A stretch of 64,000 bases of DNA from the NCBI RefSeq assembly GCF_009914755.1, contig NC_060933.1; one strand, 5' to 3'. Origin of the DNA: the human T2T-CHM13v2.0 reference genome, Homo sapiens. This document shows, one piece after another, positions 1 through 11,984 of this stretch. The notes below the pieces were generated by a model. That model was not told where the DNA came from. It worked only from the letters and a program-made list of their open reading frames with translations, and did no database searches. A program made the translations under genes and the position numbers. Within the stretch, counting starts at the first letter, position 1. Each line of letters starts with the position of its first letter.

Positions 1-965
1 TTCTGTGCTCCATGTGTATTTGCCCAACTTGCATATTTGTCCATCATTTCCCAGTCCGATTACTTCCAGATTCATAGACTTCTCCAGAATGGAAGGTAGA
101 AGAAAAGAAGAGTAATTGTAGAATAAACCAGCTACTTGACAAGTAATGTAAGTTACTCATGCCCTGACCCCATTCCTTCCAAAAACACATGTCATACACC
201 TCTGGGTTACGCAAGCATGTGCTGTCCACAGTGATGTGTTATAAGGTGACTTGCAAGTCTAGCCTAGGATTGTGTCAGATACCAGCTCAAAGTATTTCAT
301 CACAGGTTGTCTTCTAGAAAAAGACAGAATAAATTCCTTTTAGATTTTTCCTTCTTTTTCTCAGTGGAAGTTGCTAAAAAGAGGAGAAATGTGATTGACC
401 AGTCATCAAAAAAAATGGCTGATTACATATAATCTACTAATTCCTGCATTCATTTAATGTTAATTGAGCACTTATCATGTACTGATAACAAACAAACACT
501 AGCTACAACTCTGAATGTAACAGATCCAATCTGTCCTCACTTGGATCTTATTAGCCTGTATATGAAATAAGACCCAAGTCAATTGAGACTATTACCAGGA
601 GTTATCTTCACAATCACTGATACAACTAACATGCATTAAACTTCTCCTAGGTATTACTGGGCACTGTGATAGGCATAGGGTGTACAGAGATGCACTAGAT
701 TTGGCTTCTGTCATAAGGGGGCTAAAAGCCTAGTGGGAAAGAAAGATAATCCCTCTTGAACATGAGAGATGGTTGCTGTGGGAGGACTGAAGAAAAGGTG
801 ACAAATGCCTACTTGGAGACGTTGGGCATGTATCACTAAGATGCAAAGTCTTAACAATGTCCTACAATGCCCTAAGTAATCTACCTGGCAACGTGTGCCT
901 CTCTACACTGGTTGGTTCTAGCACTTCCTGTCTCTGGATCTTTGGACTGGCTTATCCTTCTAACT

Positions 966-1176
966 CAGGGCTTCTCAACCTTGGCACTACTGATATTTTA
1001 GGCTGGGGGACTGTCCTGGATCTAGCACATAGTGAGATGTTTAGCAGCATCCCTGGCCTCTACTCAGTGGATACCAGCAGCAACACCTCCAACCCCCAAG
1101 TTACGACAAACACAAATGTCTCAAGAGATTGCAACATGCCCCCTGGGGCAAAATCATTTCCAGTTGAGAACTACTA
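966..1176 (+). mobile_element. MER20-like hAT-Charlie DNA transposon
   Basis: Starts cagggcttctcaaccttggcact and ends gttgagaactact. Interior gatgtttagcagcatccctggcctctac. Perfect 8-bp TSD ttctaact at 958-965 and 1177-1184. Confidence 0.85.
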
Positions 1177-1280
1177 TTCTAACTGGGGTGTTTCTCTCCA
1201 AAGTATCTGCATAGCCAGGGACTCCTTCCAGAATTGGCTCAAAATATCACTTTCTCAAAAAGACCCACACTGATTGTCCT

Positions 1281-1548
1281 ATATTTGATAGCACAATAGG
1301 ATGACTAAAGTCAATAATAGCTCAATTGTACATGTTGAAATAATTTGAGTGTAACTAGATTGTTTGTAACTCAGACAATAGGACTTGAGGGGATAGATAC
1401 CCCATTGTTCATGATGTGTTTATTTCACATTGAATGCCTGTATCAAACATCTCATATACCCCATAAGTATATACACCTACTATGAACCCACATAAATAAA
1501 GAGATAAATAAATAAATAGAGAGAAAATAAATACATAAATAAATAAAA
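1281..1548 (+). mobile_element. L1MA-type LINE-1 3' end with A-rich tail, nested in an older L2 fragment
   Basis: tgcctgtatcaaacatctcatataccccata...tatatacacctactatg, followed by an (aaat)n tail. L2-like 3' sequence resumes to ~1800 (cagtgcctggca...aatgaatgaat). Confidence 0.7.
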
Positions 1549-2011
1549 CTCCAATACCACACACCACTCTTCATTCCCCTCACTCTCTTAAATTTTTGTC
1601 TATAGATCCTAACATCTTCGGACCTACTATATAATGCACTTATTTATAATTATTATCATCTCTCTACTAATTAGAATATACATTCAACTTGAGTGAGAGG
1701 GACTGCTTTCTTCACTGTTGTAGTCTTCTGCCCAGAACAGTGCCTGGCAAAATGTTAACCATCCATACATATTTGGTGTATAAATAAATGAATGAATTAT
1801 GGTCAACATTTGTGTAAAGTTGTAACATTTACAAATACATCCACACACAAGATCTCATTTACCCCTCAGATAATATTATTAATTAGGCCATAGTGTTATT
1901 TTTGTTGTATGGTTTAAGGAAACTCAATGATGTTAAAAATTAGTGACACCCACAAAAAATGATGATGCCAGAAAGTAAAAAGGATAATGAAATATTTTAA
2001 AGTATAGCCTT

Positions 2012-2424
2012 CAGATTTGGTTTGGCTGTGCCCCAACCCAAATCTCATCTTGAATTGTAGTTGCCATAATCGCCACGTATATCGTGGGAGGGACCTGGTG
2101 GGAGGTAATTGAATCATGGGGGCAGTTACCCCCATGCTGCTGTTCTCATTATTGTGAGTGAGTTCTCATGAGATCTGATGGTTTTATAAGTGCCAGGCAT
2201 TTCCTCTGCTTGCACCTCTCCTTCCTGCTACCATGTGAAGAAGGACATGTCTGCTTCCCCTTCCACCATGATTGTAAGTTTCCTGAGGCCTCCCCAGCCT
2301 TGCAGAACAGTGAGTCAATTAAACCTCTTTTTTGTTGTTGTTGTTGTTTTGTTTTGTTTTGTTTTTAAATAAACTACCAAGTCTTGGGTATTTCTTCATT
2401 GAGGTGTGAGAATGGGCTAGTACA
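2012..2424 (+). mobile_element. THE1-family (THE1C/D-like) MaLR solo LTR
   Basis: ggtttggctgtgccccaacccaaatctcatcttgaattgtagt ... gagatctgatggttttataag ... gtgagtcaattaaacctctttt. Contains an internal (gtt/gtttt)n expansion. Confidence 0.85.
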
Positions 2425-4439
2425 CCTTTTCTATATTACACCATGCTCTTCCACGGTATGAATGAATAAGCTTGGATTCACTGGCCAAACTGGGAGTCAG
2501 AACAAAGAGGGAAAACCCTCTTGCCTGCAATGAACCATCCTTTGCCTATTTATTCATGAATAAATAGACAAAAAGGATTTTTCTACCTCAGGAAAAAACA
2601 TAGTGTTTACTGCAACAAGACTTCCTTTCAAATCCACTTGCTATGACTCTGTCCTTCTCTGTTGCTTGAACTAGGGTACATGAATCTCAATGTAATATAG
2701 GGATGTAGAAAAGTATAAGAGAAGCCCCAGAATAATCAATAGACCTCTAGTAAGATAGTCACATTGCTCAATATGCAAAGGTGACAAATACTCTAAGATA
2801 CTCACTACATGTTAAAAATAAATACAGATATATTGTTCAGAGATGTATTCATCAACTACTTAACTATGTATCTACCCATGCATTTAATAACTGTGAGCAT
2901 CATACCAGGCCTCCATTCTCATGGAGTTTGTATTCTACTGGTAGAGGCAGATAATAAAGAGATGAGAAATTCAAAGTAATTTAAAAAATAACACAGGAAA
3001 GGTCATAGACATTTTGGTCTGGGGAGGAGATGGCACTATGTAGGCTGATTACCTGTGAGGGTGCACTCACTCACCTCTTGTACTTGTGAAGAACATACTG
3101 AAATGTACAGGGTGTTTGGGAGGAAAATAATGAGATGCACAGGGCAGTACTTAATGTGAAGACCTCACCATAGAGACAGGAATTAAGTCACCTGGAGCCA
3201 AGAGAATACCCTTTATGCCTTTGTTTAAAAGCACCATTTTCTGTACTATATACCACAAGAGCATTGGTCCATGGCACATTAATGGATTCTGGACTGGTAA
3301 TGGGTGTCCAAGGATAAAAGAGGGTTGAATGGGTCAAAAAGTTGGGAAACATTGAGTACTCTATCTCCTTTCATAGATGCAAAATAAACATTAGTCTAAT
3401 ACATGTTCTAAGGAGTCCTTAGAAAATAAATCTGTTTTTCTCTGTTTAACTATTTGTTTCTTTTACTTACCTGAACAGAGCTTTTTTTTCTTCCTAGTAA
3501 CAAACTGTTGTTGTATATAAGGTACCACTGATTATAAGGTGTACCATTACTTTATTTGCCACTAAGAAAGAAAAAAAACTCTGCCAATTATAATTGTACT
3601 ATATTGTCAATTATATGAGAACCATTCTGCTTTGAGAGGTGTTGACATGAAAAAAACATGAAACTTAAAAACTTGAGATGGTTGGATGGAATGAGGTTTG
3701 GTTTTTAGATATGTCAGGTTAATGGGACCTTTTTTAAAATCACTATGCAATGGAAATTATAGGATTCTAAGGTTGTGGCATAAATACAACCTGCTGATCA
3801 ACAGAATTTTGTGTTCCTCTTCCACAGTATAGTATTGGTGCTGTGAAGTGGTGCTCACCATTAAGTGTGTGTGTGTGTTTAAGTTTTGGGTAGGGGGAAG
3901 AGCCTTGAAGCTTAGAAGATAGAGATCCCTTGCAACTTGGTATTGTGTTGGGTCTAGTTTTGGTCAAATGCAATGAGAGCAGAGATAATGCATGTCACTT
4001 CTGAGCAGAGGTAGTTAAATACATGATATCATCCCCTACTTTCTTCACATTCTGCAGTAAACTTGGAGGCTGCATGTTGAATATGAAAGTATAATGAAAT
4101 AAAAGAAGCCTAGAACCAGGAATCATACCTGGGGTAATCCAATCAGAAATATCCTCATTGAGTGTTTCATGAGCCAGGAAAACTTTTATTAAGTCACAAT
4201 AAAATCTGGAAGTTTATACAGCAATTAGCTTAGTCTAACACTTGTCAGTTTTGTGCATATTTCTTACAGCATATGCATTACCTGCCAAATAAAAGCAAAC
4301 ACTTCTAGGTCCCTGGCAAATATGGGATTCCTCCATTGACTGACTGATTATGGGTCCTGAGTTGAACTTGCTCTGCATGAAGGATGTAGGCGATCAAGTG
4401 GCTTGTTTTGCCTCTGGCCAAATCTCTACCACTATGCTT

Positions 4440-4560
4440 AAGATGCGATTAATTATGTACAACAAACCCCCATGACACACGTTTACCTATGTAACAAACC
4501 TGCTCATCCTGCACATGTACTTCTGAATGTAAAAATAAAAGTAAAAAAAAAGAAAACAAG
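4440..4560 (+). mobile_element. Short L1PA 3' end fragment with poly(A)
   Basis: catgacacacgtttacctatgtaacaaacctgctcatcctgcacatgtac, then aataaa and an A-tail. Confidence 0.75.
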
Positions 4561-5454
4561 AGGTGGTTATTATTCTACTGTGGGAGAAATTATAGGCCCA
4601 TAATGGTAACTAATCACCACGGTCTTACCTCATTATAATACTGCATCGGTAAGTTCATCAACATAAGCAAGTTAGATCTGATAACCAAGGGGCTTACAGT
4701 TTCTAATTTGTATTTGACACATGGTCTGCCTTCTGGAAGAGCAACATAGAACCTAGATGTCTTTGATTAAGGTCAGTAAATGATTGAGTGTTAATCCCAT
4801 TCATTTCCCAGGAAAAGGAAACCTCTTTACAAGTCACCACCAGGGATTCTCCAATCACACATAGGAAAAATTTCCAGGAAGACTTCTATAAAACACATGT
4901 ATTAACATCTCCGAAAACATAGTTGAAAGGACTTCCCTGGGCCCTTTTCCTTAGTTCCTCATCTAGACTATCAAGCGGTTTCCTCTCCAAATGATGGGAA
5001 GAAAGTGCATTTGTCTATTACACACTTGTATTACTCTATTCACTTAAGCACTGTGTCCCAGTAATGGGGTCTAGTTATGTCTGGCTTGAAATGACCCACA
5101 TATTTGTTTCTCATTCTTAGGAAGTGGAGTGTTTCTGTATGTGTATATGTGATGGGGGTAGGCCAGGAGATTTTTTATCTAGGCAATACCCAGCCTGAAA
5201 TCATTATTAGCATGACATGAGTTAAACGTATTTCTATTTTAGAAAGATGTTTTCAACAGCAGGATGAAGAATCAATTGGAAGAGCTGGTACATTGAAAGA
5301 GGTGAATCTAGACTTTGGGAGGCTTCTTAAAGTATATTGAACTAGTCTAGGCCGTGGGATATGTTCAATAGTAATGGTAGTAGAAATGGCGACTGACATT
5401 TTGGAATTATTTTACAGATACAATTTCTACAACTTGGTGGAACATTTTTTAAAA

Positions 5455-5790
5455 TGTAGGTTTTATTATTCGGCTATGGTGAAAACAACAGATCAGAAGA
5501 TGATGCCACTGGAAATATAGTTTGTTGTTTACAGTTCCTAAGAAGCGGGGGCATGCCACACCATGCAGGGCCACATTGGTAGCACCAGAGTCCGTCAGGA
5601 GGCAGAGGGAGCAAGAGGAAATTATAGGCACAAGCTTTTATTGTTGTTACTGCAGAAAAGGCAAGGCAAGGCAGGGTAAGCAGGGATAGGACTGGCTAGT
5701 TTGAATAACCTCAGTGGGCTCTGGGGTAGAGGGTCTGTCTCTAGTTGTCTGATACCTGGACCTGTGATGATTAGGGCTGAATAACAGTGT
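5455..5790 (-). mobile_element. MER21-like ERV LTR fragment
   Basis: Recalled similarity: gggggcatgccacaccatgcagggccac ... ggactggctagtttgaataacctcagtgggctctgggg. Boundaries approximate. Confidence 0.5.
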
Positions 5791-6724
5791 CTACTTGGGT
5801 GTAAAAGCCAGGTAGAGGAGGTGGTTCAGAGGAAGGGCTCTGGATTGCTTAGTGTGCATAAGGCATGCTCCAGAGCAAATCTTTTGCTATTTTTTAGAAC
5901 TAACTAGCCCTGGTAAGTGCAGTCTCTTCCCAGATGCCAGAACATCAAGAACACAGAAAAGAAGACAATTGGGTTAATACATGTTTAGCATGAGAAATGA
6001 GGAAGTAAGGGAAATAAAGTCAAAGAGATTTCCACCTTGGATGACTATGTCAAAGTGAAACACCATTAACTTTCCAGGGAACTAAACTTTATTGAGCACC
6101 TACTCTGTGTCAGGCACTGCTCTAAAATCTTTACATGAATAATCTCAATACTCAGAGCAAAGCTTTGACATGGAGGTTGTTTTTATCTTAACTCTACTGG
6201 TGTGTTGATGGAGTCTACAAGAGTTTGTGCCCAGTCCACCACAAAATGGTCCCTCACAGCTTGGTTTTTGACACGTTGGATTGGAAGTGCTTGGAGGATA
6301 TTACAGTAGAACTATCTAGGACTTAGCATACATAATATTCCTGTTTTAAATCAGGTTCTTATTTAACAGAAACTTACATTGCACTTGCTACTTTCCAGAC
6401 ACTGTCCTAAAAGCTTTACAAATGCCAGTTCATTTAATCCCAATACAATACTTTGAGATACATATTATCATCTTCATTCTATCCACATTTTCAATCCTCA
6501 TCATAGCTCTCATTTATGGAATGTAATGATGATGCTCTAGACTAGACGTTTTACGTAAGTTAGCTTAATTCAGTAATTCAAAACACATGCGATTATCTTC
6601 GTTTTAAAGACCAGAAAACTAAAGGTTGGTAGGTTTGTATAATTTGACTACCATTGCGTATCTTTATTTTAATACATTTTATAAATGCAAGCTTCTGCTA
6701 TGATTAAAAGTGATTACCACATTT

Positions 6725-7420
6725 TACAGACCAGAAAGTAATAATAAGTGTTGGTGAAGATGTGAAAAAATGAGAACTCCTGTACACCATTTGTGGGAAT
6801 GTAAAATGGTACAGATGCTGTGGAGAATCATATGGTGGGTGCTCAAAAAATTAAAAATAGATTTACCACATGATCCAGCAATCTCACTTCTGAGTACGTA
6901 TCCAAAAGAATTGAAAACAGAGACTTTAAGAGATATTTGTACAACCATGTTTATGGCAGCATTATTCACAATAGCTAACGTGTGGCAACAATGCAAGTGT
7001 CCATGAACAGACAAATGGATAAGCAAAATGTGGTCTATACATACAATGGAATATTGTTCAGCTTTAAAAAGGAAGGAGGCTTTGATCTATACTACACAGA
7101 AAAGAACCTTGAGGACATTATGCAAAGTGAAATAAGCCAGTGACAAAAAGATACATACTGTATGATTCCACTTCTAAGAGCTGCCTAGAGTAGTCAAGAT
7201 TATAGAGACAAAAGTAGTGCATAGATTCAAGGGCCTAGGGAAAGGGGAAATGGGGAGTTATTTATTAATGAATAGTGGTGATGATTGTACAAAAATATGA
7301 ACATAATTAATGCCACTAAATTGTACACATACAAATGGTCAAGATAATAAATTTTATGTTATGTCATGTTATGTTATGTGATTTTACCATAATACAGAAA
7401 ATGAAAAAAGAAAAGAAAGA
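6725..7420 (+). mobile_element. L1M (L1MA/MB) ORF2 end and 3'UTR fragment
   Basis: tgggaatgtaaaatggtacag...atgatccagcaatctcacttctg...agtgaaataagccag. ORF 6770-7006 translates to L1 ORF2 C-terminal-like LWECKMVQMLW...PHDPAISLL. Confidence 0.85.
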
Positions 7421-7604
7421 AAGTAAAGCTTAGCGGTTTACATGACTTGACCAATGCCTCAAAGCCATGAGTCACCCAGCTGAGATCTGAACTTCAGTAT
7501 ATTCCATTCTGAAATCCCAGACTTTTCCCAATCTTCTTGTACTTTTCAAACTGTGTTTCAGTTGAGGTTTATTTTCAGTTTTGTATGTGAGTTTCTTCAC
7601 AAGA

Positions 7605-7912
7605 AGGGGCGGGCCAAATTGTGTCCTGCAAAAACCTACATATCGAAGTCCTAACCCCTCTACCTCAGACTATGACTGTATATGGAGAGAGAGCCTTGAA
7701 AGAGGTATGTAAGGTAGAATGAGGTCATTATGGTGGGCCCTAATCCAACATAACTGGTGTCCTTATAAGAAGGGGAGATTAGAATTCAGACACACTTGCT
7801 GACACCTTGAGTTCAGACTGGAAGCCTCTAGAATTGTGAGAAAATGAATGTCTGTTGTTTAAGCCACCCAGTCTGTGGTATTTCCTTATGGCAGCCCCAG
7901 CAAACTAATACA
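7605..7912 (+). mobile_element. MLT1 (MLT1A/B-like) MaLR LTR, internally deleted, ~0.4 kb upstream of TLR4 exon 1
   Basis: gggccctaatccaacataactggtgtccttataagaagggg ... tgttgtttaagccacccagtctgtggtatttccttatggcagccccagcaaactaataca. Confidence 0.8.
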
Positions 7913-8029
7913 AATAGTGTTTCCACAGCTGAAACAAAATTGGAAAATCACCGTCATCCTAGAGAGTTACAAGGGCTATTTTAATAGAACCTGATTGTTT
8001 TCCTAAATTCACCAAGCCCAGGCAGAGGT

Positions 8030-8290
8030 CAGATGACTAATTGGGATAAAAGCCAACTAGCTTCCTCTTGCTGTTTCTTTAGCCACTGGTCTGCAGGCGT
8101 TTTCTTCTTCTAACTTCCTCTCCTGTGACAAAAGAGATAACTATTAGAGAAACAAAAGTCCAGAATGCTAAGGTTGCCGCTTTCACTTCCTCTCACCCTT
8201 TAGCCCAGAACTGCTTTGAATACACCAATTGCTGTGGGGCGGCTCGAGGAAGAGAAGACACCAGTGCCTCAGAAACTGCTCGGTCAGACG
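8030..8290 (+). promoter_or_regulatory. TLR4: TLR4 proximal promoter: TATA-less, with PU.1 boxes and a PU.1/IRF composite (EICE)
   Basis: EICE TTTCACTTCC at 8181-8190 (GGAAGTGAAA on the - strand). PU.1 cores cttcctc at 8061 and 8114, gaggaag at 8246. AP-1-like TGACTAA 8034-8040, CCAAT 8225-8229, GC box 8236-8242. Consistent with the established PU.1/IRF8 control of human TLR4. Confidence 0.8.
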
Positions 8291-8344
8291 GTGATAGCGA
8301 GCCACGCATTCACAGGGCCACTGCTGCTCACAGAAGCAGTGAGG

Positions 8345-8359
8345 ATGATGCCAGGATGA
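8345..8359 (+). other. Upstream ORF (MMPG*) whose TGA overlaps the TLR4 ATGATG
   Basis: ATG ATG CCA GGA TGA read directly; out of frame with the CDS by 11 nt. Confidence 0.75.
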
Positions 8360-8448
8360 TGTCTGCCTCGCGCCTGGCTGGGACTCTGATCCCAGCCATG
8401 GCCTTCCTCTCCTGCGTGAGACCAGAAAGCTGGGAGCCCTGCGTGGAG
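8356..8448 (+). CDS. TLR4: Toll-like receptor 4, coding exon 1 (signal peptide, aa 1-31)
   Basis: [31 protein letters not shown]; donor GAG|gtatgt at 8449; phase 0. Confidence 0.98.
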
Positions 8449-9777
8449 GTATGTGGCTGGAGTCAGCTCCTCTGAACTTTCCCTCACTTCTGCCCAGAAC
8501 TTCTCACTGTGTGCCCTGGTTTGTTTATTTTTGCAAAAAAAAAAAGAGTTAAATTACCTTAAAGACTCAAGAAGCCACAGAGATCAAATAATTCATTGTT
8601 ACAGGGCACTAGAGGCAGCCATTGGGGGTTTGTTCCATTTGGAAATTTTGAGTGCTAACAGGGGCATGAGATAACATAGATCTGCTTAAGGTCCCTGCTC
8701 TGCTACCTTGTGGCTCTGTGAAGAAATTATCAAACCTGTCTGAGACTAGTTTTCGCATCTGTAAGAGAATTATAATACCTTCTTCACTAGAGAGTAAGCA
8801 GACTGCTTCAGTGTCATTTCTTCCCACTGGTGGTCTTTACACTCAGCTTCAAGCAGTCACCCTGCTCCTTTCAATCTCAGGAAAAAGATGGCTTTTGTGT
8901 GTGTGTCTCTAGAGAAAGAACTTTCTAAGTGGGTGTCAGACTTCTGTATGCAGTAATATAGTTTAGTCCAGAGGATGAAAAAAATAAGAGAATGAAAAAG
9001 GAAAAGAGAGAGAGAGAGAAGAAAAAAGCAAGAGGGAAATATGTATAATGTCAGCTAATGCAACAGTTTCTTTCTTAGTGAAATACCAATCAGCTGGTTG
9101 GTAATCTTATTCATGATGGATCTCTTTTGTTTTTCCCCTGCGCAGACTTCACAGTTGCTTTAGAAACCCATAGTAGAGCCGAACAGCTAAGAAAATGATT
9201 TACAGTGAGGCAGGGTCAGAAACTCAAGAGAGAAAAAGCCAGCTGCAGTCCTGAAGTTGAGGATATAGGAGAAAATCAAGTAATATTTAGCAAAGACTAA
9301 TTCATTATCTTGAAGCCATCCCTTCCCTCAATTCCCTGCCCATAGTCCTCCTCCTTGTCCTCTTCTCTGTATCCCTCTGCTGTTAGGTTAATGGAGATAG
9401 ATTTTCTAATTAGGCTCACTGCGAGATAAAACCACAGCCAAACTTGACTTCTTTTCCCCATGTACCTTTTCCTGTCAGTCCCTGAAGCCTGTCCATCCCT
9501 GCCCATCCCCTTAGTTCCACTGTAAGGCAGGCCCTCATTTCCCCTGGCATTGACTCTTACACACTAACTGCTTTCCTGATTCCAGTCTTCTTCCTTTAAC
9601 TCATTCTGCACGTTCTTGTTTGTTATGTACTTGCATTTGTTGTTATTATTTTTCCTTAGGCTTCAATCTAACAAATTACTCTCCTTAAAAACTTTTAATA
9701 ACTCTCCATTGCCATTAGAACAGCTTTCTACCACAGGGCCTTTGCACTGGCTATTTCTTCTACCTAGAATGCTAGAT

Positions 9778-10086
9778 CAGTGCTATCCATTGGCAATATT
9801 ATGTGAGCCACATATGTACTTTTAAAGTTTTTAGTAGCCTCATTAAAAAAAGAAACAAGTGAATTTAATTTCGATAATAGTTTTATTTAACTTAGCGTAT
9901 TTAAAATAATGTTTAAAATTTTAATATATATTTACCTATTATTGATATTTTTACATTCCTTGTTTGGTACTAAGTCTGGAATTTAGTATATATTTTACAT
10001 TTACCACACTTCTCAATTTACACTATTCACATTTCTTGTGTTTGATAACTGTGTATGGCTAGTGACTACCGTATTGGTCAGTGCAG
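9778..10086. mobile_element. MER33/MER3-like hAT-Charlie element nested in an L2 fragment (~9680-10400)
   Basis: Termini cagtgctatccattgg and tggctagtgactaccgtattggtcagtgcag, AT-rich interior. Flanks are L2-like (agggcctttgcactggct...; ccagcacacagtag). Confidence 0.65.
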
Positions 10087-11771
10087 CCCAAGTCCTTTTC
10101 ATGCTTTAATCACTCCATTCAGATCTCTGATTAAATGTCCCCTCCTCAGGGCAGTCTTCCTTGATTGCCCCATGTAGAGCTCTCCAGCCTCACTTATTTG
10201 CCTCAAATCCCCTTATACTGCTTAATATTTTTTTTTCTAGAGCACAACATTTTATATTTTTGTTTGTTTATTTTCTCTCTCTCCCTTTGTAATGGAATCG
10301 GTAAGGAGGCAGGATCATTGCTGGTTTTATTTACCACTATATTTCCAGTGGCCAGCACACAGTAGCCGCTAGATGTGTAAGTGATAAATGATTGAAATAA
10401 TTGCTGCAGGACAAAGTCTGAGGCCCTCCTGATCTGGCTTGCCCTCTTACTTAGATTTCACCACTCCCACCACTCACCAGCTAATCTGAGTTTGTTTTCC
10501 ACTCTTTACGTGCTCACGTTGTCCTCTCCTTAGGACATGTTTTTCTTCCCCTTTCCACATATCTAAACCTTACTCATCTTCCAAGACCCACTTTAAAATC
10601 TTCCTTTTCTGGGAAGCCTTTCCTGAATCCAGACTTGATCTCTGCTTTCTCTGAACCACAGGGCATATTTTCTAAGCCTATTTTATGGCCCCTTGAGATA
10701 GTGTTAGCTTTGCTCCTATCTAAACTCTTACTCTAGACTGTGAGTCCATTGAAGTCTGGAGCTGCATCATATTTTTCTTTGTAATGCCCACAGCACTTGG
10801 CAGGAAATGCCTACAATTTGGACTTAAGTAAACCTTCATTTAATCAGTTATTCAATCAGTTAGTGATTCAGCAAATATTTATTGAGCACCAACCATTTGC
10901 CAGACACCATTCTGAGTGCTGGAGACAAAGCAGTGGGCAAACCCATCAAACTTGCAATGGAATACAGGAGATGAACAATACGATGAGAACAATCAGATAG
11001 ACAACATAATGTTAGATGGTTGTGCTTCCTGTGAAAGGGAATAAAAGAGGGCAAAGAAAGAGTGCCTGGCACTGTTTCTATTAGACAATATTGTCTTTGA
11101 GGCTCCATGGCTTGCAACATTTAAGCAGACATACGAATGAAGATCTGCATGTTTGAACTCTGACTTTGCGCATATTACTTCATTTCTTTGAATTTCCATT
11201 TTCCTCATCTTTAAATGCTTATTTGAAGATTAAGTGAAAGTATATAACAAACAAGAACTATGCAGGCGTATGGTAAGGGATTAATGATAGATGATAATAA
11301 TTAATGTTGACATCTATTGATCACTTATACTGTAGCGGGCTTTTAAATAAACTCTTTAAACACCTTATCTCATTTAATCCTTCAAACATTCTATTGGTTT
11401 CAAACAACAGAAAACTACAATTAGCTGGCTTCTGCAAGGAATTTTGTTGGAGGAAATGAGAGCATTCAGAAATTAGATGGGAGCGTTAGAGAATTAGGCT
11501 TACAAAGAATGTGGGAAAGTAGGCTAGAAAGCAGTGTAAAAACAAAGACAGCATAAAGCACTTGACCTTATTTACTAGGTTCCACCATGGGAATCCATGC
11601 ACTCTAAAGATTTCCCCCTATTTCTACATCACTTTGCTCAAGGGTCAATGAGCCAAGGAAAAGAATGCAGTTGTCAAAATCTGGGCCATGACTAAGGAAG
11701 GTCTGGACATCTTGACTGCCAGACAGTCTCCCCAATGATATGGAGTATTTAGAATGATACTGGATATTTTA

Positions 11772-11878
11772 TTTATTTTTTGTATTTTCAACTTTTAAGT
11801 TCAGAGGCACATGTGCAGAGCATGCAGGTTTATTACATAAGTAAATGTGTGCCATGGTGATTTGCTGCATAGATCATG
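11772..11878 (-). mobile_element. L1PA 3' end and A-tail, the 3' half of a U6/L1 chimeric retrocopy
   Basis: Reverse of ...gcagcaaatcaccatggcacacatttacttatgtaataaacctgcatgctctgcacatgtgcctctgaacttaaaagttg plus A-tail. Directly abuts the U6 3' end. Confidence 0.9.
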
Positions 11879-11984
11879 AAAATATGGAACGCATCATGGA
11901 TTTGTGTGTCATCCTTGTGCAGGGGCCATGCTCATCTTCTCTGTATCCTTCCAATTTTAGTATATGTGCTACTGCAGCAAGCAC
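11879..11984 (-). pseudogene. Full-length U6 snRNA pseudogene
   Basis: 106 nt colinear with the reverse complement of human U6, 11 mismatches by eye (about half at CpGs). ACAGAGA box intact. TSD gatactggatatttta (11756-11771) / gatattggatatttta (11985-12000) brackets U6+L1. Confidence 0.95.

Noticed and set aside
8125-8475. 116-aa ORF suggesting an N-terminally extended TLR4
   Set aside because: It starts at a GTG upstream of the promoter EICE and probable TSS region, and runs into intron 1. Only 8356-8448 is supported.
11879-11984. Functional U6 gene
   Set aside because: TSD and L1 tail show retroposition. It has 11 substitutions and no recognisable upstream PSE/TATA (the flank is MIR sequence).
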